Shown here piece after piece: positions 27,984-37,334 of a stretch of 64,000 nt of DNA. The DNA is from Candidatus Micrarchaeota archaeon. Lineage in GTDB: Archaea > Micrarchaeota > Micrarchaeia > Norongarragalinales > UBA8480. The first letter of the stretch is position 1. Each line of letters begins with the position of its first letter. Under the pieces are notes generated by a model. The model was not told the DNA's origin, did not search any database, and worked only from the letters and a program-made list of their open reading frames with translations. Position numbers and translations under genes: made by a program. The stretch spans positions 13,687 to 77,686 of the forward strand of contig JAKAOM010000002.1 of the NCBI GenBank assembly GCA_021812145.1, written 5' to 3'.

Positions 27984-30914
27984 AAGAAAAATGTATAAGC
28001 CGTTCAGAGGATGGTTAGGCTTGTGTTGCGATGAAGGGCGTGGCAAGCTGCGAAAAGTCCCGGGTAGGAGCATGCATCCGCTAAACCGGGAATTCCCGAA
28101 TTGTTTCGAAAGAAACGCAGACCCGCTGAATTGAAATATCTTAGTAAGCGGAGGAAGAGAAGCCAACAGGGATTCTGCGAGTATTGCGAGAGAAAGCAGA
28201 ATAGGATAAACCGAATATCTCCTGGCGACAGGGGAGAAGATGTGGGGTTTCGGAGGAGGGCATTAAACTTGAATTTCTGAGGGAGCGAAGTGGGCTGGAA
28301 AGCCCTGCGTTAAAAAGTGATAGCCTTGTAGTTTTTTCAGAAGTTGAAGTGCCTTTTTTCCAGAGTAGCGCTCTTTTATTTAGAGTGTGAAGACGCGAGT
28401 TATTAACTTGCAATCCTAAAATATAAGCACAAGACCGATAGCGTAGTTAGTACCGTGAGGGAAGACTGAAAAGCACCGCGAGAAGCGGAGTTAAAAAAGT
28501 ACCTGAAACTGGACGGCGACATTGAGATGCGGCGTGGAAGGAATGACGAAAGGACCGGCGTCGCATCATACTTCTAGAAGCAAGAGCCAAGGAGTTTAAG
28601 AGAGTGGCGAGTCAATGCGAAGCGAAAGCGAGAAACACGCAAGTTCGCAAGAACCCAGGTGTTGAAGTTGTAATTAGCTCCAAGCCACTAATTTAAGACC
28701 TGAAGCCGAAGCGAGCTATGCGCGGGCAAGGCGAAGCCAGTCGTAAGATTGGTGGAGGCCTGCAACCGTTTCTGGTCTATCCGATCGGGTGACCCGCGTT
28801 TAGGGGTGAAAGTCCATTCGAGCTTGGTATTAGCAGGTTCCCTCCGAAGTGTCTGTCAGGACAGCCTGGCTGGAGATCAGTGTTAGGTAGAGCGACCGAT
28901 TAAGAAGAATGGGGGGTAAAACCCTCACTTTTTTATCGAACTCCGAAGCTAGCACTATCGTAGAAGGCTGGAGTCGGGGGTGCGGGGTAAGCTCGTACTC
29001 CTGTAGGGGAACAACCCAAACTGTGGTTAAGGTCCCAAAGACGAGACTGAGTGTAAATTTAAGATGTTAGGCTTTTTAGACAGTGGAGAGGTAGGCTCAG
29101 AAGCAGCCATCCTTTAAACAACGCGTAACAGCGGATCCATCAAGAAGCCTTGCGTCGCAAACTGTCGGGACTAAGTCTCGCACCGATACCACGGAATTCT
29201 TCCCGTTGGGAAGGATTGGTAGGAGGGCGTGCTGTTAGATGAGAAGCTTGTTCGTGAGGACAAGTGGATTTGACAGCAATGAAAATCTTGGCGTTAGTAG
29301 CATCAAATTCAGGTGAGAATCCTGAACGCCGGAAGGGCACGGGTTTCTTGACAACGTTTGTCGGTCAAGAGTTAGTCGGTCCTAACGCTTTACGTATTAG
29401 TTAAGGCGGAAAGGGAAACACGTTAATATTCGCGTACCACGTGAAGCCGCGGTAACGCTTAAACAACATTTGACGGTTGAGGGAAGGTCCAGCGTTTGAA
29501 TAAAGCGTTGAACGAGATAGAGCGGGGAAGTCTCATTATGAGGAGCACTCGCTTAAGTAAGGAAAGCCCAGCAATGGGTTGGATTTTACCTTTGACCCAA
29601 TGAAAAGAATGTTGATAAATGGTTTTCACGTGACCGTACCTAGAACTAGAACAAGTGCCCCTAGCTGAAAAGGCTAAGGCGTGGCAGGAGAACCAAGGCA
29701 AGGGAAATCGGCAAGTTAGCCTCTTATCTTCGGTATAAGGGGTGCCTACATTCTTTCCTTTTACAGAAATGTTTCTGGGGGGTTTGTAGGTTTCAATAAC
29801 AAGGGGGCGTCGACTGTTTATCAAAAACATAGCTCTCTGCTAGATGGAAACGTTTTGTACAGAGGGCGACGCCTGCTCACTGGCAGCATCTGAAACAGGG
29901 TTCCAACCTTGTGAAGGACTGTTAAAGAGCGGGACTAACTCTGAGTCTCTTAAGGTAGCGTAATACCTCGCCGTTTAACTGACGGCTCGCATGAATGGCG
30001 TAACGAGCGTCCCACTGTCCCTGTCTTGGACCTGGCGAACTCACTTCTCGGTGAATATGCCGAGGATTTTTAGGGGGAAATGAAGACCCCGTCGAGCTTA
30101 ACTACAGTCTGCGGTTGAATCGCGGTTTGAAATGCAAAGCGTAAGCAGGAGCCGTTACAACGCATCTTTTGGGGTGCGTTTAGGCAAAAGTGTGACACTG
30201 CTCTTTTTAGACTTCGATTCTTACCTCTTTTTGAGGGACAGCTGCTGATGGGTAGTTTGACTGGGGTGGTACGCCTTCGATAAAAAAACAAAGGCGCCTT
30301 AAGGTCAACTCATCAAGGTTAGAAATCTTGAGTAGAGGGTTAAAAACAAATGTTGGCCTGACTGTGACTTTAATAAAATAGGTCGCAGATGCGAAAGCAG
30401 GGTTTAACGAACAAACACGCTCTTTTAATAGGAGCTGTTTCTGTCAAACAAGCTACCACGGGGGTAACCGGCTTGTCATGTGTGAGAGTTCACATCGACC
30501 ACATGGTTTGGTACATCGCGGTCGGCTCGCGTTATCCTGGCGGTGCAGGAGCCGCCAAGGGTTGGGTTGTCCATCCATTAAAAACGCACGCTAGTTGGGT
30601 TCAGAACGTCGCGAGACAGTTCGGTGACATCTCCTAAAAGTGCATTGCTTTTTGAGGGAAAGGTTTTCCTAGTACGAGAGGAATGGAAAACCGGCGCCTC
30701 TAGTCATGCTGTTGTCTTACAAGGCACGCAGCGTAGCCACGCGCCACGCGGATAAGTCCTGAAAGCATCTAAGGACGAAGCCGCACCCAAAACGAAAAAG
30801 CTTAGACTGCTCGTAGTATACGAGTTTGATAGAGTTGAAGTGTAAACCGCAAGCCCGCAAGGGCGAGCGGCGAGCTAACAACTACTAAAAGTCGTTCCTT
30901 CAATATTTTCTCTT
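27984..30914 (+). rRNA. 23S rRNA (archaeal); ends approximate (+/- ~20 nt)
   Basis: 5' region GAGGATGGTTAGGCTTGTGTTGCGATGAAGGGCGTGGCAAGCTGCGAAAAG. Conserved blocks such as GAAAGCATCTAAGGACGAAGC and GAGCTAAC lie near the 3' end. Putative helix 1 pairs 27984-27993 with 30905-30914. The outer processing stem pairs 27959-27982 with 30951-30976. Confidence 0.88.
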
Positions 30915-31030
30915 TTAACAGAGTTTTCTTTTTGAAGGATTTTTTCCGTGAAAAATTAAAACTGCAAAATGGTCTCCCAAAAAAATATTCTAATTTTGGG
31001 TTTTTAAATTTTAACGCGCTAGCTTAAGCT

Positions 31031-31327
31031 ATGGTTTTTTCAAACAAAAAGGTTTACGAACTTGTTAAGAAGATACCGAAAGGAAGAGTTACAACATACA
31101 AATGCCTTTCCATTAAAACAGGGTTGAATCCAAGAGTTGTTGGAAGAATCTTATCCCAAAACACTGATCTTGAAAAAATCCCGTGCTTCAGAGTGGTTTG
31201 CTCGAACGGTTTCATCGGAGGTTATGTTAAGGGAATCAAAGAGAAAAAGAAAAGACTTAAAAGAGAATGGTTGAAAATAGACAATTATAAAATAGCTAAT
31301 TTCGAAGAAAGACTTTTTGACTTTTAA
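31031..31327 (+). CDS. Stand-alone MGMT/Ada-like DNA-binding domain protein (O6-alkylguanine transferase C-domain-like)
   Basis: VYELVKKIPKGRVTTYKCLS...PRVVGRILSQN...IPCFRVVCSNGFIGGY. This matches the methyltransferase DNA-binding domain, but the site reads PCFRV instead of PCHRV. Confidence 0.7.
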   Translation: MVFSNKKVYELVKKIPKGRVTTYKCLSIKTGLNPRVVGRILSQNTDLEKIPCFRVVCSNGFIGGYVKGIKEKKKRLKREWLKIDNYKIANFEERLFDF

Positions 31328-31338
31328 TTTTTCAAAAA

Positions 31339-31617
31339 TTATATTACTAGCGCTATTATGAATATAAGAGCTAAAATCCAAATGGCTGAATTTCCTTTAA
31401 ACCCTCCATTCGTTAAAGCATAGAACAATATCAGTATGAATAAAAGTCCAAAAACGCTTGAAGCCGCTATTGCTATGAACGCTTGAAAAACCGAGAAGAT
31501 CATCGTCACTGAAACAGTAGCTATCTGGCCCAACACTCCCGCGGTTGGCCTTGAAAAAGACATCAAAGCGCCTAGAAGCAATAAAACAATCAATAAATTC
31601 TGAGTAGATTGGTTCAT
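31339..31617 (-). CDS. Small membrane protein
   Basis: Three hydrophobic helices; no family recognised. Confidence 0.4.
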   Translation of the reverse strand: MNQSTQNLLIVLLLLGALMSFSRPTAGVLGQIATVSVTMIFSVFQAFIAIAASSVFGLLFILILFYALTNGGFKGNSAIWILALIFIIALVI

Positions 31618-31732
31618 GTTACTACTTTATAGTTTTAAACATATTTAAATGTTACTGTTAAATTGTTTTTTCGCTGTTTATAATTTTTAATAGTGGTTGA
31701 TTTTTAAATATTAACATCAAAACATTGTAGTT

Positions 31733-32239
31733 ATGGAGTTGGGAGTGGATTTCAAAACAGTGGGTTGGGTTTTGATTGTCATTGGAATTGCATTAATAGG
31801 CTTCGCTATTGTTAACAATTATTTAAACTCTTTGGTGATTCCGTATTTATCTCCCCAGATTTGTACTCAGCACTGCAATACTCTAACGCTTGAGAACTAT
31901 GTTGTTTTTGTTTTGATCGCTATCAGTCTTGGCTTGGGAATATATCTAGTGTTTTTTTACAAGCCTAAGGGGGTAAAAGAAGAAAAGGAATCGTCAGCGC
32001 AGCCAATTCAGGGAAGTGTTACAAAGCCTAGGATAAACCTCAATTCTCTTGCGCCTGACGAAAGAAAAATAATTGAAGTAATAACTGAAGGGGGTGGAGT
32101 CCTGTTCCAAAGTGATATTGTTGAAAAAACGGGTTTTCCTAAGGCTAAAGTGAGTAGGATTCTCGACCGTTTGGAAGCCAGAGAAGTGGTTGAGAGAAGA
32201 AGGAGAGGCATGACAAACGCTATAATGATCAAGAAATGA
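31733..32239 (+). CDS. Membrane-associated winged-helix regulator (COG2512-like)
   Basis: Two N-terminal TM helices, then LAPDERKIIEVITEGGGVLFQSDIVEKTGFPKAKVSRILDRLEAREVVERRRRGMTN. The TATA lies about 27 nt upstream of the ATG, so the transcript is possibly leaderless. Confidence 0.65.
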   Translation: MELGVDFKTVGWVLIVIGIALIGFAIVNNYLNSLVIPYLSPQICTQHCNTLTLENYVVFVLIAISLGLGIYLVFFYKPKGVKEEKESSAQPIQGSVTKPRINLNSLAPDERKIIEVITEGGGVLFQSDIVEKTGFPKAKVSRILDRLEAREVVERRRRGMTNAIMIKK

Positions 32240-32241
32240 GT

Positions 32242-32664
32242 TTATTTTAATAACAGTCCAGCAAGCTCTTCTGTAGTCCAGCATTTTATTCTTGAACCTC
32301 TCAAATGTTTGTCTCTGCTCCAAAGGTCGGCCCCTACAGCCAGAGCGCATGCTACGTAGGGCTCGTCTTTTAAATCGGTTGTTAGGTGCTTTGCCGCCTC
32401 CTTATATGGCAGCAGTTCAGTGATTTCAACAAGCTTTATTTTATTCAAAAGTAGTTGCGAAAGTCTGGCTGCTTGGTTCGTTTCTATCTTTGAGCGTTCA
32501 ACCAGCATTGGAAAATATTTCTTGAATTCTTCAATCAAAAATTCAGGGAAGTATAGCTCCAACTCCCTGTCCAGAAGTATTTCTCTTGTTTTTCCCTTTT
32601 TCAGAAAGGCTGAAAACAATACGTTAGCATCAACCACCAGCTTCACTTTTCCACCTTCTTGCAA
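32242..32664 (-). CDS. PIN-domain toxin (VapC-like)
   Basis: KLVVDANVLFSAFLKKGKTREILL..., later acidic residues, and C-terminal ...LWSRDKHL. It overlaps the upstream antitoxin-like ORF by 35 nt. Confidence 0.75.
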   Translation of the reverse strand: MQEGGKVKLVVDANVLFSAFLKKGKTREILLDRELELYFPEFLIEEFKKYFPMLVERSKIETNQAARLSQLLLNKIKLVEITELLPYKEAAKHLTTDLKDEPYVACALAVGADLWSRDKHLRGSRIKCWTTEELAGLLLK

Positions 32665-32863
32665 CTCCCTTGTCCACCGACATGGCTAGCTCTTCCACGT
32701 CCCTTTCTGTCAGATTGCTTTTTGACGCTATTCTCTCAGCCTCCTCCATCTCATCGATTTGCTGTTTTATTATGCTTCTAACAACCTCAGACCACTTCAT
32801 ATCTTTGTGCTGATTCATCCTTGCTTTCAGGTATGGAGGTATCGATAAAGTTAAACTTACTAT
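32630..32863 (-). CDS. RHH-like antitoxin; conserved N-terminus implies initiation at ATA 32863 (track ORF starts at internal ATG 32818)
   Basis: The frame is open from 32869. IVSLTLSIPPYLKARMNQHKDMKWSEVVRSII aligns residue for residue with the paralog MAHITLSLPEFVYREMKRHPEVKWSEVARQSI (57725..). ATA aligns with the paralog ATG, and GGTGA lies 6 nt upstream of it. Confidence 0.6.
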   Translation of the reverse strand: MVSLTLSIPPYLKARMNQHKDMKWSEVVRSIIKQQIDEMEEAERIASKSNLTERDVEELAMSVDKGVARRWKSEAGG

Positions 32864-32981
32864 AAACGTTCACCAACGTAATAATAACGTTAAAAAAATA
32901 AAAGCCTTTCGGATGGCTCGCCAGCCAAAATCCAGAGGAGGGTTCTGCATTATTTTAACGCCTTTTGTTTGATTTGCTCCA

Positions 32982-33035
32982 TGAAACCTGTTTCAACCCT
33001 GCCTTTGAAACCAGTTTCGCACTTTTGTTTATAAA
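32982..33035. promoter_or_regulatory. Two 14-bp palindromes TGAAAC-NN-GTTTCR followed by a TATA-like box
   Basis: TGAAACCTGTTTCA at 32982-32995 and TGAAACCAGTTTCG at 33006-33019, then TTTATAAAT at 33027-33035. A third copy lies at 37206-37219. Confidence 0.5.
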
Positions 33036-33841
33036 TGGTTTTTTCCCAGCTACATCCGGTGATTTTAAAAAAAATGAAAAATTCAACGATTGCGTACCTC
33101 CTGATTGGAGTGGTTGGAGCGCTTCTGATCTTGAACGGGTATTTCATGTTTATGATTAAACCCGCTCATAATTCAGAGGGTCAGGTTTACACACAAAGCC
33201 CTGCAGGTCAAAGCCAACAACAACCTCAGGCTAGCTTTCCAGTAAGTCTTGCAAGTGGTTTGGCTCAACTTCAGAGCGACACTCAATATATTAATATAAG
33301 CAATTACACCAGCGTGACAGAGATTGAAGGAAAAGTTTTCGTTTCAGGAACTCCTTTTTATGGCTCTAAGCTCGGCGTTTCATTCAACGACGCTGCCGAC
33401 GCTGCAAACACTCTTGCAAATCTTGACAATTCAATACCTACAAACAGTCTTACTCAAGACCAGCTTCATAGGTATATACGCATTGGAACAAATATTGCTT
33501 GTTTTTATTGTTGCGGCGCAACCACGCTTGTTGATAATAACGGCAATCCGGCGTGTTCATGCAACCATTCAATGGCTATAAGAGGGTTGGCGAAGTGGCT
33601 TATTATAAACACAAACATGACAAATGACCAGATTCTGCTGGAGTTAAACAAGTGGAAAGCTTTATTTTTTCCAGGACCAACGCTAAAAACAGTCAGCTCC
33701 CTCGCAGGGGTTAATAATGGAAGCGTGGAGGTTTTCTGGCTTGGAAGCCCCTCGAACATTCCTCAAGGTTTGATAAACGCTCTCAGGTCTCCTGGAGCTT
33801 CTACTAGCGGGCTGCCAGCTCAGATAGGCGGGTGCAGTTGA
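33035..33841 (+). CDS. Membrane-anchored extracytoplasmic protein with CC...CxCNH cysteine motif and C-terminal ...QIGGCS tail (likely start ATG 33074)
   Basis: MKNSTIAYLLIGVVGALLILNGYFMFMI (TM), preceded by GGTGA 13 nt upstream of 33074. It contains IACFYCCGATTLVDNNGNPACSCNHSMAIRGLAKWL and is a paralog of 37335..38693. Confidence 0.7.
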   Translation: MVFSQLHPVILKKMKNSTIAYLLIGVVGALLILNGYFMFMIKPAHNSEGQVYTQSPAGQSQQQPQASFPVSLASGLAQLQSDTQYINISNYTSVTEIEGKVFVSGTPFYGSKLGVSFNDAADAANTLANLDNSIPTNSLTQDQLHRYIRIGTNIACFYCCGATTLVDNNGNPACSCNHSMAIRGLAKWLIINTNMTNDQILLELNKWKALFFPGPTLKTVSSLAGVNNGSVEVFWLGSPSNIPQGLINALRSPGASTSGLPAQIGGCS

Positions 33842-33903
33842 AAAGAGGTGAACAAATAAGAAAATAAGTGAAATTTTAAAAAAATAAAAGGTGAATTTGA
33901 AAA

Positions 33904-34236
33904 ATGAAAGGAAGTGGTTTTATCATGCTCAGCATGATTGGTTTCTTGTCAGCAATGGCGGGAATGATGGGTTATTTTACGCAGGGCTTTAACTCTGCGA
34001 ACGCGACGTCTGCGAACGCTAGTTTAAGGGGTTTAAGCACAATGGCAGGGGTGATGGAAGGAAGCTACCAAAACATAACTTCAGCATGCACAAGCATAAT
34101 GAAGTCTTACGGTATAAACGGAACTTCGTTGAACGCAATGGAGGGAATGATGCAGAACGACGTGGAAGGCATGATGGACGGGCATTACCAGAATCAAAAC
34201 GGTTATACTGGAATGATGGGAGGCTTAAACAGGTGA
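33904..34236 (+). CDS. Met-rich small membrane/secreted protein (candidate Cu(I)-binding)
   Basis: 16 of 110 residues are Met by my count, in motifs AMAGMMG, TMAGVMEG, AMEGMMQ, EGMMDGH and TGMMGG. The N-terminus is hydrophobic. GGTGA lies 10 nt upstream. Confidence 0.6.
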   Translation: MKGSGFIMLSMIGFLSAMAGMMGYFTQGFNSANATSANASLRGLSTMAGVMEGSYQNITSACTSIMKSYGINGTSLNAMEGMMQNDVEGMMDGHYQNQNGYTGMMGGLNR

Positions 34237-34245
34237 TTTTGAAAA

Positions 34246-34473
34246 ATGGAAGTCAGCAATGAAAATAAAACAGGAATACCAAAAAAGTACGTGTACGTTT
34301 TGGCAGTGGTTGTCGTAGCGCTTGGATTGTTCCTAACGCTTAACGCCTACTCATTCTTTTGGAGGTCAACACCACAAAATTCAGAATATTCTACAGCTCA
34401 ATACGCTCAAAGCAGCAATTCAACCATAGCTACTGGAGGGGTTATTCCATCGCAGGTTGGCGGTTGCAATTAA
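34246..34473 (+). CDS. Small single-pass membrane protein ending ...SQVGGCN
   Basis: KK-flanked TM YVYVLAVVVVALGLFLTLNAYSFFW with the C-terminal tail predicted outside. The tail is homologous to that of 33035..33841. Confidence 0.5.
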   Translation: MEVSNENKTGIPKKYVYVLAVVVVALGLFLTLNAYSFFWRSTPQNSEYSTAQYAQSSNSTIATGGVIPSQVGGCN

Positions 34474-34490
34474 TATTTCAGGTGGCCCAT

Positions 34491-35981
34491 TTGAATAAAT
34501 TATTTTTTATTTTTTTCTTTTTTGTCTTCGTAATAGGCGCCATCAACGCCTGCAATGGGGTTGTGGCCAGCGCGGTTCAAAATCCCGCCGCACTCAGCAT
34601 TGGCAAGGCGGTTGACTCGCAGACAGGATGGAATACCGACTCGTACAACAACACTTTATGGATAGATAACAACAGCAACCTGCTTCTTGCATACAACAAT
34701 TTAAAAATACAGCCCGGCCTGGCTGAAGGAATCGCTGAAAGTTTTGCCAAAAAATTCAACTCCACTCCAATGTTTTTCGGTTTGGAGTACGAGCATGACA
34801 GGTTCGTGTACGTTTTTCGTGTTTTAACCAACCAAACTTTCAATTATTTCATAGGAGTGCCGATCGTTTCAAGAGAATTCGCTTTTTTCATAGACGCTAT
34901 GACCGGGGATGTAATAAATTCCGACGGTTGCGGAATGGGGCCGGGAACCATACTGCAAAACTTCAACTCAAGCATGCAGCCTGTTGAAAACACAACGCTA
35001 TTTCAATTCTCAGGGCAGATTATTCCAGAATCAGGAGACGCTATTTCAGAGAATTTTTCGGTAAAAAACCAAACAGTCCAGACAGAGATTTACAGCGACG
35101 GAAATAGCCTTTACTTTAACACGTCAACTCCCTTCAATTGGACGGCAGTTCTGTTTTCTGACACTCCTGTTGAGGAAATGGTTTCAGGATTTAAAAAAGC
35201 GATTATATACAACAAAAGCGCAGGGAACGTTTCAATCTACTCAATAAACCCAAGCCACATGAGCGTTGATTTTCAAAACCCAAAGCAGGTGCAAAATCAA
35301 ATTCAAGGTTCAAGCTTCAACTTCTCAATTTCGCTGAGCGTTATGAATCTTAGCAGCGGAAAGCCTTTCTCAATAACAATTCTAGGGGGGAATGGACAGC
35401 CAAACATTTATTCCCAGTCCGCAACAAATTCAATGCCCTTATCCTCAAACAATTCAATTACTTACGGGGTTTACGCTTCTTTTCCAAGTGTTTTCTGGCT
35501 TGGTTCCAAACAGGAGATACCTGTAACGCGGCAGTACTCCCTCCCTCTTCACCTTCTTTCAAGCAATGACAACGTTTACGGAAGCATGATTAACATAACT
35601 GCTTTCCAATGGGGGTACACTCCGGACACAATCACTGTAAGGCAGGGTGATAATGTAACTCTGTATTTGACAAGCAACGACGTTACTCATGGATTTCAGC
35701 TTGACGCTTTTGGAATAAGCGCGGTAATAACTCCCGGCAAGATAACAACGGTTAATTTCATAGCAGGCGCGCCTGGAACCTACACTTTTTACTGCAGCGT
35801 TTTCTGCGGAAGCGGGCACACCACTATGAAAGGAACTCTCATAGTGCTGCCAAGCGATAACTCAACGACGGTTGGAAGTGGAAACACCAACTTCTTCAGT
35901 TTTTTCAACGTAATGCTAATGCTTGGTTTCGTGTTTGCGACAGGATTGCTTTTCGTTATGATCAAATCCGGCGGCAGGTGA
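34491..35981 (+). CDS. CuA-type cupredoxin (COX2-like) protein with PepSY-like N-terminal region and C-terminal TM anchor
   Basis: The C-terminal domain FQWGYTPDTITVRQGDNVTLYLTSNDVTHGF...YTFYCSVFCGSGHTTMKGTLIV carries the full CuA ligand pattern H...CxxxCxxxHxxM (nt 35793-35828). The preferred start is TTG 34491 (GGTGG 5 nt upstream; signal-like NKLFFIFFFFVFVIGAINAC). The track start 34359 overlaps the previous gene. Confidence 0.75.
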   Translation: MNKLFFIFFFFVFVIGAINACNGVVASAVQNPAALSIGKAVDSQTGWNTDSYNNTLWIDNNSNLLLAYNNLKIQPGLAEGIAESFAKKFNSTPMFFGLEYEHDRFVYVFRVLTNQTFNYFIGVPIVSREFAFFIDAMTGDVINSDGCGMGPGTILQNFNSSMQPVENTTLFQFSGQIIPESGDAISENFSVKNQTVQTEIYSDGNSLYFNTSTPFNWTAVLFSDTPVEEMVSGFKKAIIYNKSAGNVSIYSINPSHMSVDFQNPKQVQNQIQGSSFNFSISLSVMNLSSGKPFSITILGGNGQPNIYSQSATNSMPLSSNNSITYGVYASFPSVFWLGSKQEIPVTRQYSLPLHLLSSNDNVYGSMINITAFQWGYTPDTITVRQGDNVTLYLTSNDVTHGFQLDAFGISAVITPGKITTVNFIAGAPGTYTFYCSVFCGSGHTTMKGTLIVLPSDNSTTVGSGNTNFFSFFNVMLMLGFVFATGLLFVMIKSGGR

Positions 35982-35987
35982 AAAATT

Positions 35988-37208
35988 GTGTTCGATTTTA
36001 TGAAATATCCATTTGTTAAAAGGATTGCAAAAAACAAGTACTACCCTTTAGCGTTCCAGGTTTTAGGATTGGTTGTTTTTATCGCTTTGATAGCCGACGC
36101 GTTCATAGGTAATCAAAACCCTGCTTTCAACATTGCTACGAACATTCTCTGGGTTTGGTGGTGGTTTTTCCTTCTTTTGACAATACTGGTGTTCGGAAGA
36201 TTCTGGTGCTCAGTATGCCCTTTTGGAGCAGAAGGGGATATTGTTCAAAGATTTTTCAAAGGTCAGAGAAAATGGCCTTCCTTTCTTAAGAACCTCTGGA
36301 TTGTTAACATATTCTTTATATTATTCATATGGGTGGACGATGTTCTCGGAATAGCTAACAATCCGTTCCAGACAGGAATTTTCCTTTTGTTAATAAGCTT
36401 TGGGGCGCTGCTAGTCGGATTGTTTTTTGAGAGAAGAACGTTCTGCAGGTACGTATGCCCTTTGAACGGGTTTATAGGTTTCAACAGCATGAGCTCGTTT
36501 TTTGAATTAAGAAGCAACAATAGGGAAACGTGCATAAACCACAAAGAAAAAGAATGCTTCAACGGAGGTTCTAACAGCAAGCCGTGCCCAATGTTCGAGT
36601 ATGTAGGGGGGATGAAAGACAATCTTTTCTGCATCCAGTGCATGGAATGCGCAAAAGGCTGTCCAAAAAACAATGTCGGTTTCGGTTTCAGAAGCTTCGC
36701 GTCAGACTTGTACTCAAACAACCGAAAGACAATGGAATTCGCTTCAAGCGCTTTGATAATAACCGCTCTAAGCACAGTTATTCTTTTCTTCTTTCACCTA
36801 CAACTTCCGCTGCCTCACATAGAAAGCCTCTCGATTTTATTGATTTTTTCAATAGCATTCCTATTCGCAATATTCTCGCTGACCGTTTTTGCAATATCAA
36901 GAATTGAAAAAATAAATTTCAAAAACGTTTTCTCTTCATACGCTTTCTCGCTCATCCCGCTTGGCCTTCTAACGCAAATCGGTGAAGCTTCAAATTACGC
37001 CTTGAGCAAAATAAGTTTTGTAACAAACATTGGTCACTCCCAAACTGCTTTGATTGAAATATTCATCATATTCGCAGGCTTCGTGGCTAGCTTTTTCGCA
37101 GGATACAAAATAAACGAGCGTGAAAATCACTCGTTCACAAGTTTTATCCTTATAGTACTGCTGCTTTTCTTGATAACAAGCATGATTTTGTACCCTCTAA
37201 CCACTTGA
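35988..37208 (+). CDS. Integral-membrane polyferredoxin (NapH/NosR/CcoG-like 4Fe-4S protein)
   Basis: Membrane-proximal motifs FGRFWCSVCPFG and RRTFCRYVCPLNG, ferredoxin motif CIQCMECAKGCP, additional Cys (CINHKEKEC...KPCP), and about 8 TM helices. Confidence 0.75.
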   Translation: MFDFMKYPFVKRIAKNKYYPLAFQVLGLVVFIALIADAFIGNQNPAFNIATNILWVWWWFFLLLTILVFGRFWCSVCPFGAEGDIVQRFFKGQRKWPSFLKNLWIVNIFFILFIWVDDVLGIANNPFQTGIFLLLISFGALLVGLFFERRTFCRYVCPLNGFIGFNSMSSFFELRSNNRETCINHKEKECFNGGSNSKPCPMFEYVGGMKDNLFCIQCMECAKGCPKNNVGFGFRSFASDLYSNNRKTMEFASSALIITALSTVILFFFHLQLPLPHIESLSILLIFSIAFLFAIFSLTVFAISRIEKINFKNVFSSYAFSLIPLGLLTQIGEASNYALSKISFVTNIGHSQTALIEIFIIFAGFVASFFAGYKINERENHSFTSFILIVLLLFLITSMILYPLTT

Positions 37209-37234
37209 AACTGGTTTCACACTGCCATTTAAAA
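37206..37234. promoter_or_regulatory. Third TGAAAC-NN-GTTTCA palindrome plus TATA-like box upstream of 37335..38693
   Basis: TGAAACTGGTTTCA at 37206-37219 overlaps the stop of the polyferredoxin gene and is followed by CACTGCCATTTAAAAG. The architecture parallels 33006-33035. Confidence 0.45.
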
Positions 37235-37334
37235 GCGATTTAATTCACAAATCAATGAAAATGTTTGAAATTAAATTTGGTCTAAAAAAACCAGATTTTT
37301 AAGGTTTAAAAAAATAAAAGGTGAATTTTATAAT

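Noticed and set aside
32950-33159. ORFs 32950..33147 (-) and 32965..33159 (+) covering the palindrome/TATA region
   Set aside because: They overlap each other and the evident promoter-operator region and have no SD or protein-like features. They are likely non-coding.
33812-34473. Reading the ...Q(I/V)GG-C(S/N) tails as ubiquitin-like/SAMP diglycine precursors or as double-glycine leader cleavage sites
   Set aside because: The proteins are N-terminally membrane-anchored, with the tails predicted outside the cell, and lack a beta-grasp-sized domain. Double-glycine leaders are N-terminal. The resemblance is probably superficial.
34359-34490. Track start (34359) of the cupredoxin gene, overlapping gene 34246..34473 in another frame
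   Set aside because: The overlapped part translates to non-protein-like sequence. A GGTGG SD plus TTG 34491 (or GTG 34482) gives a proper signal-peptide-like N-terminus right after the upstream stop.
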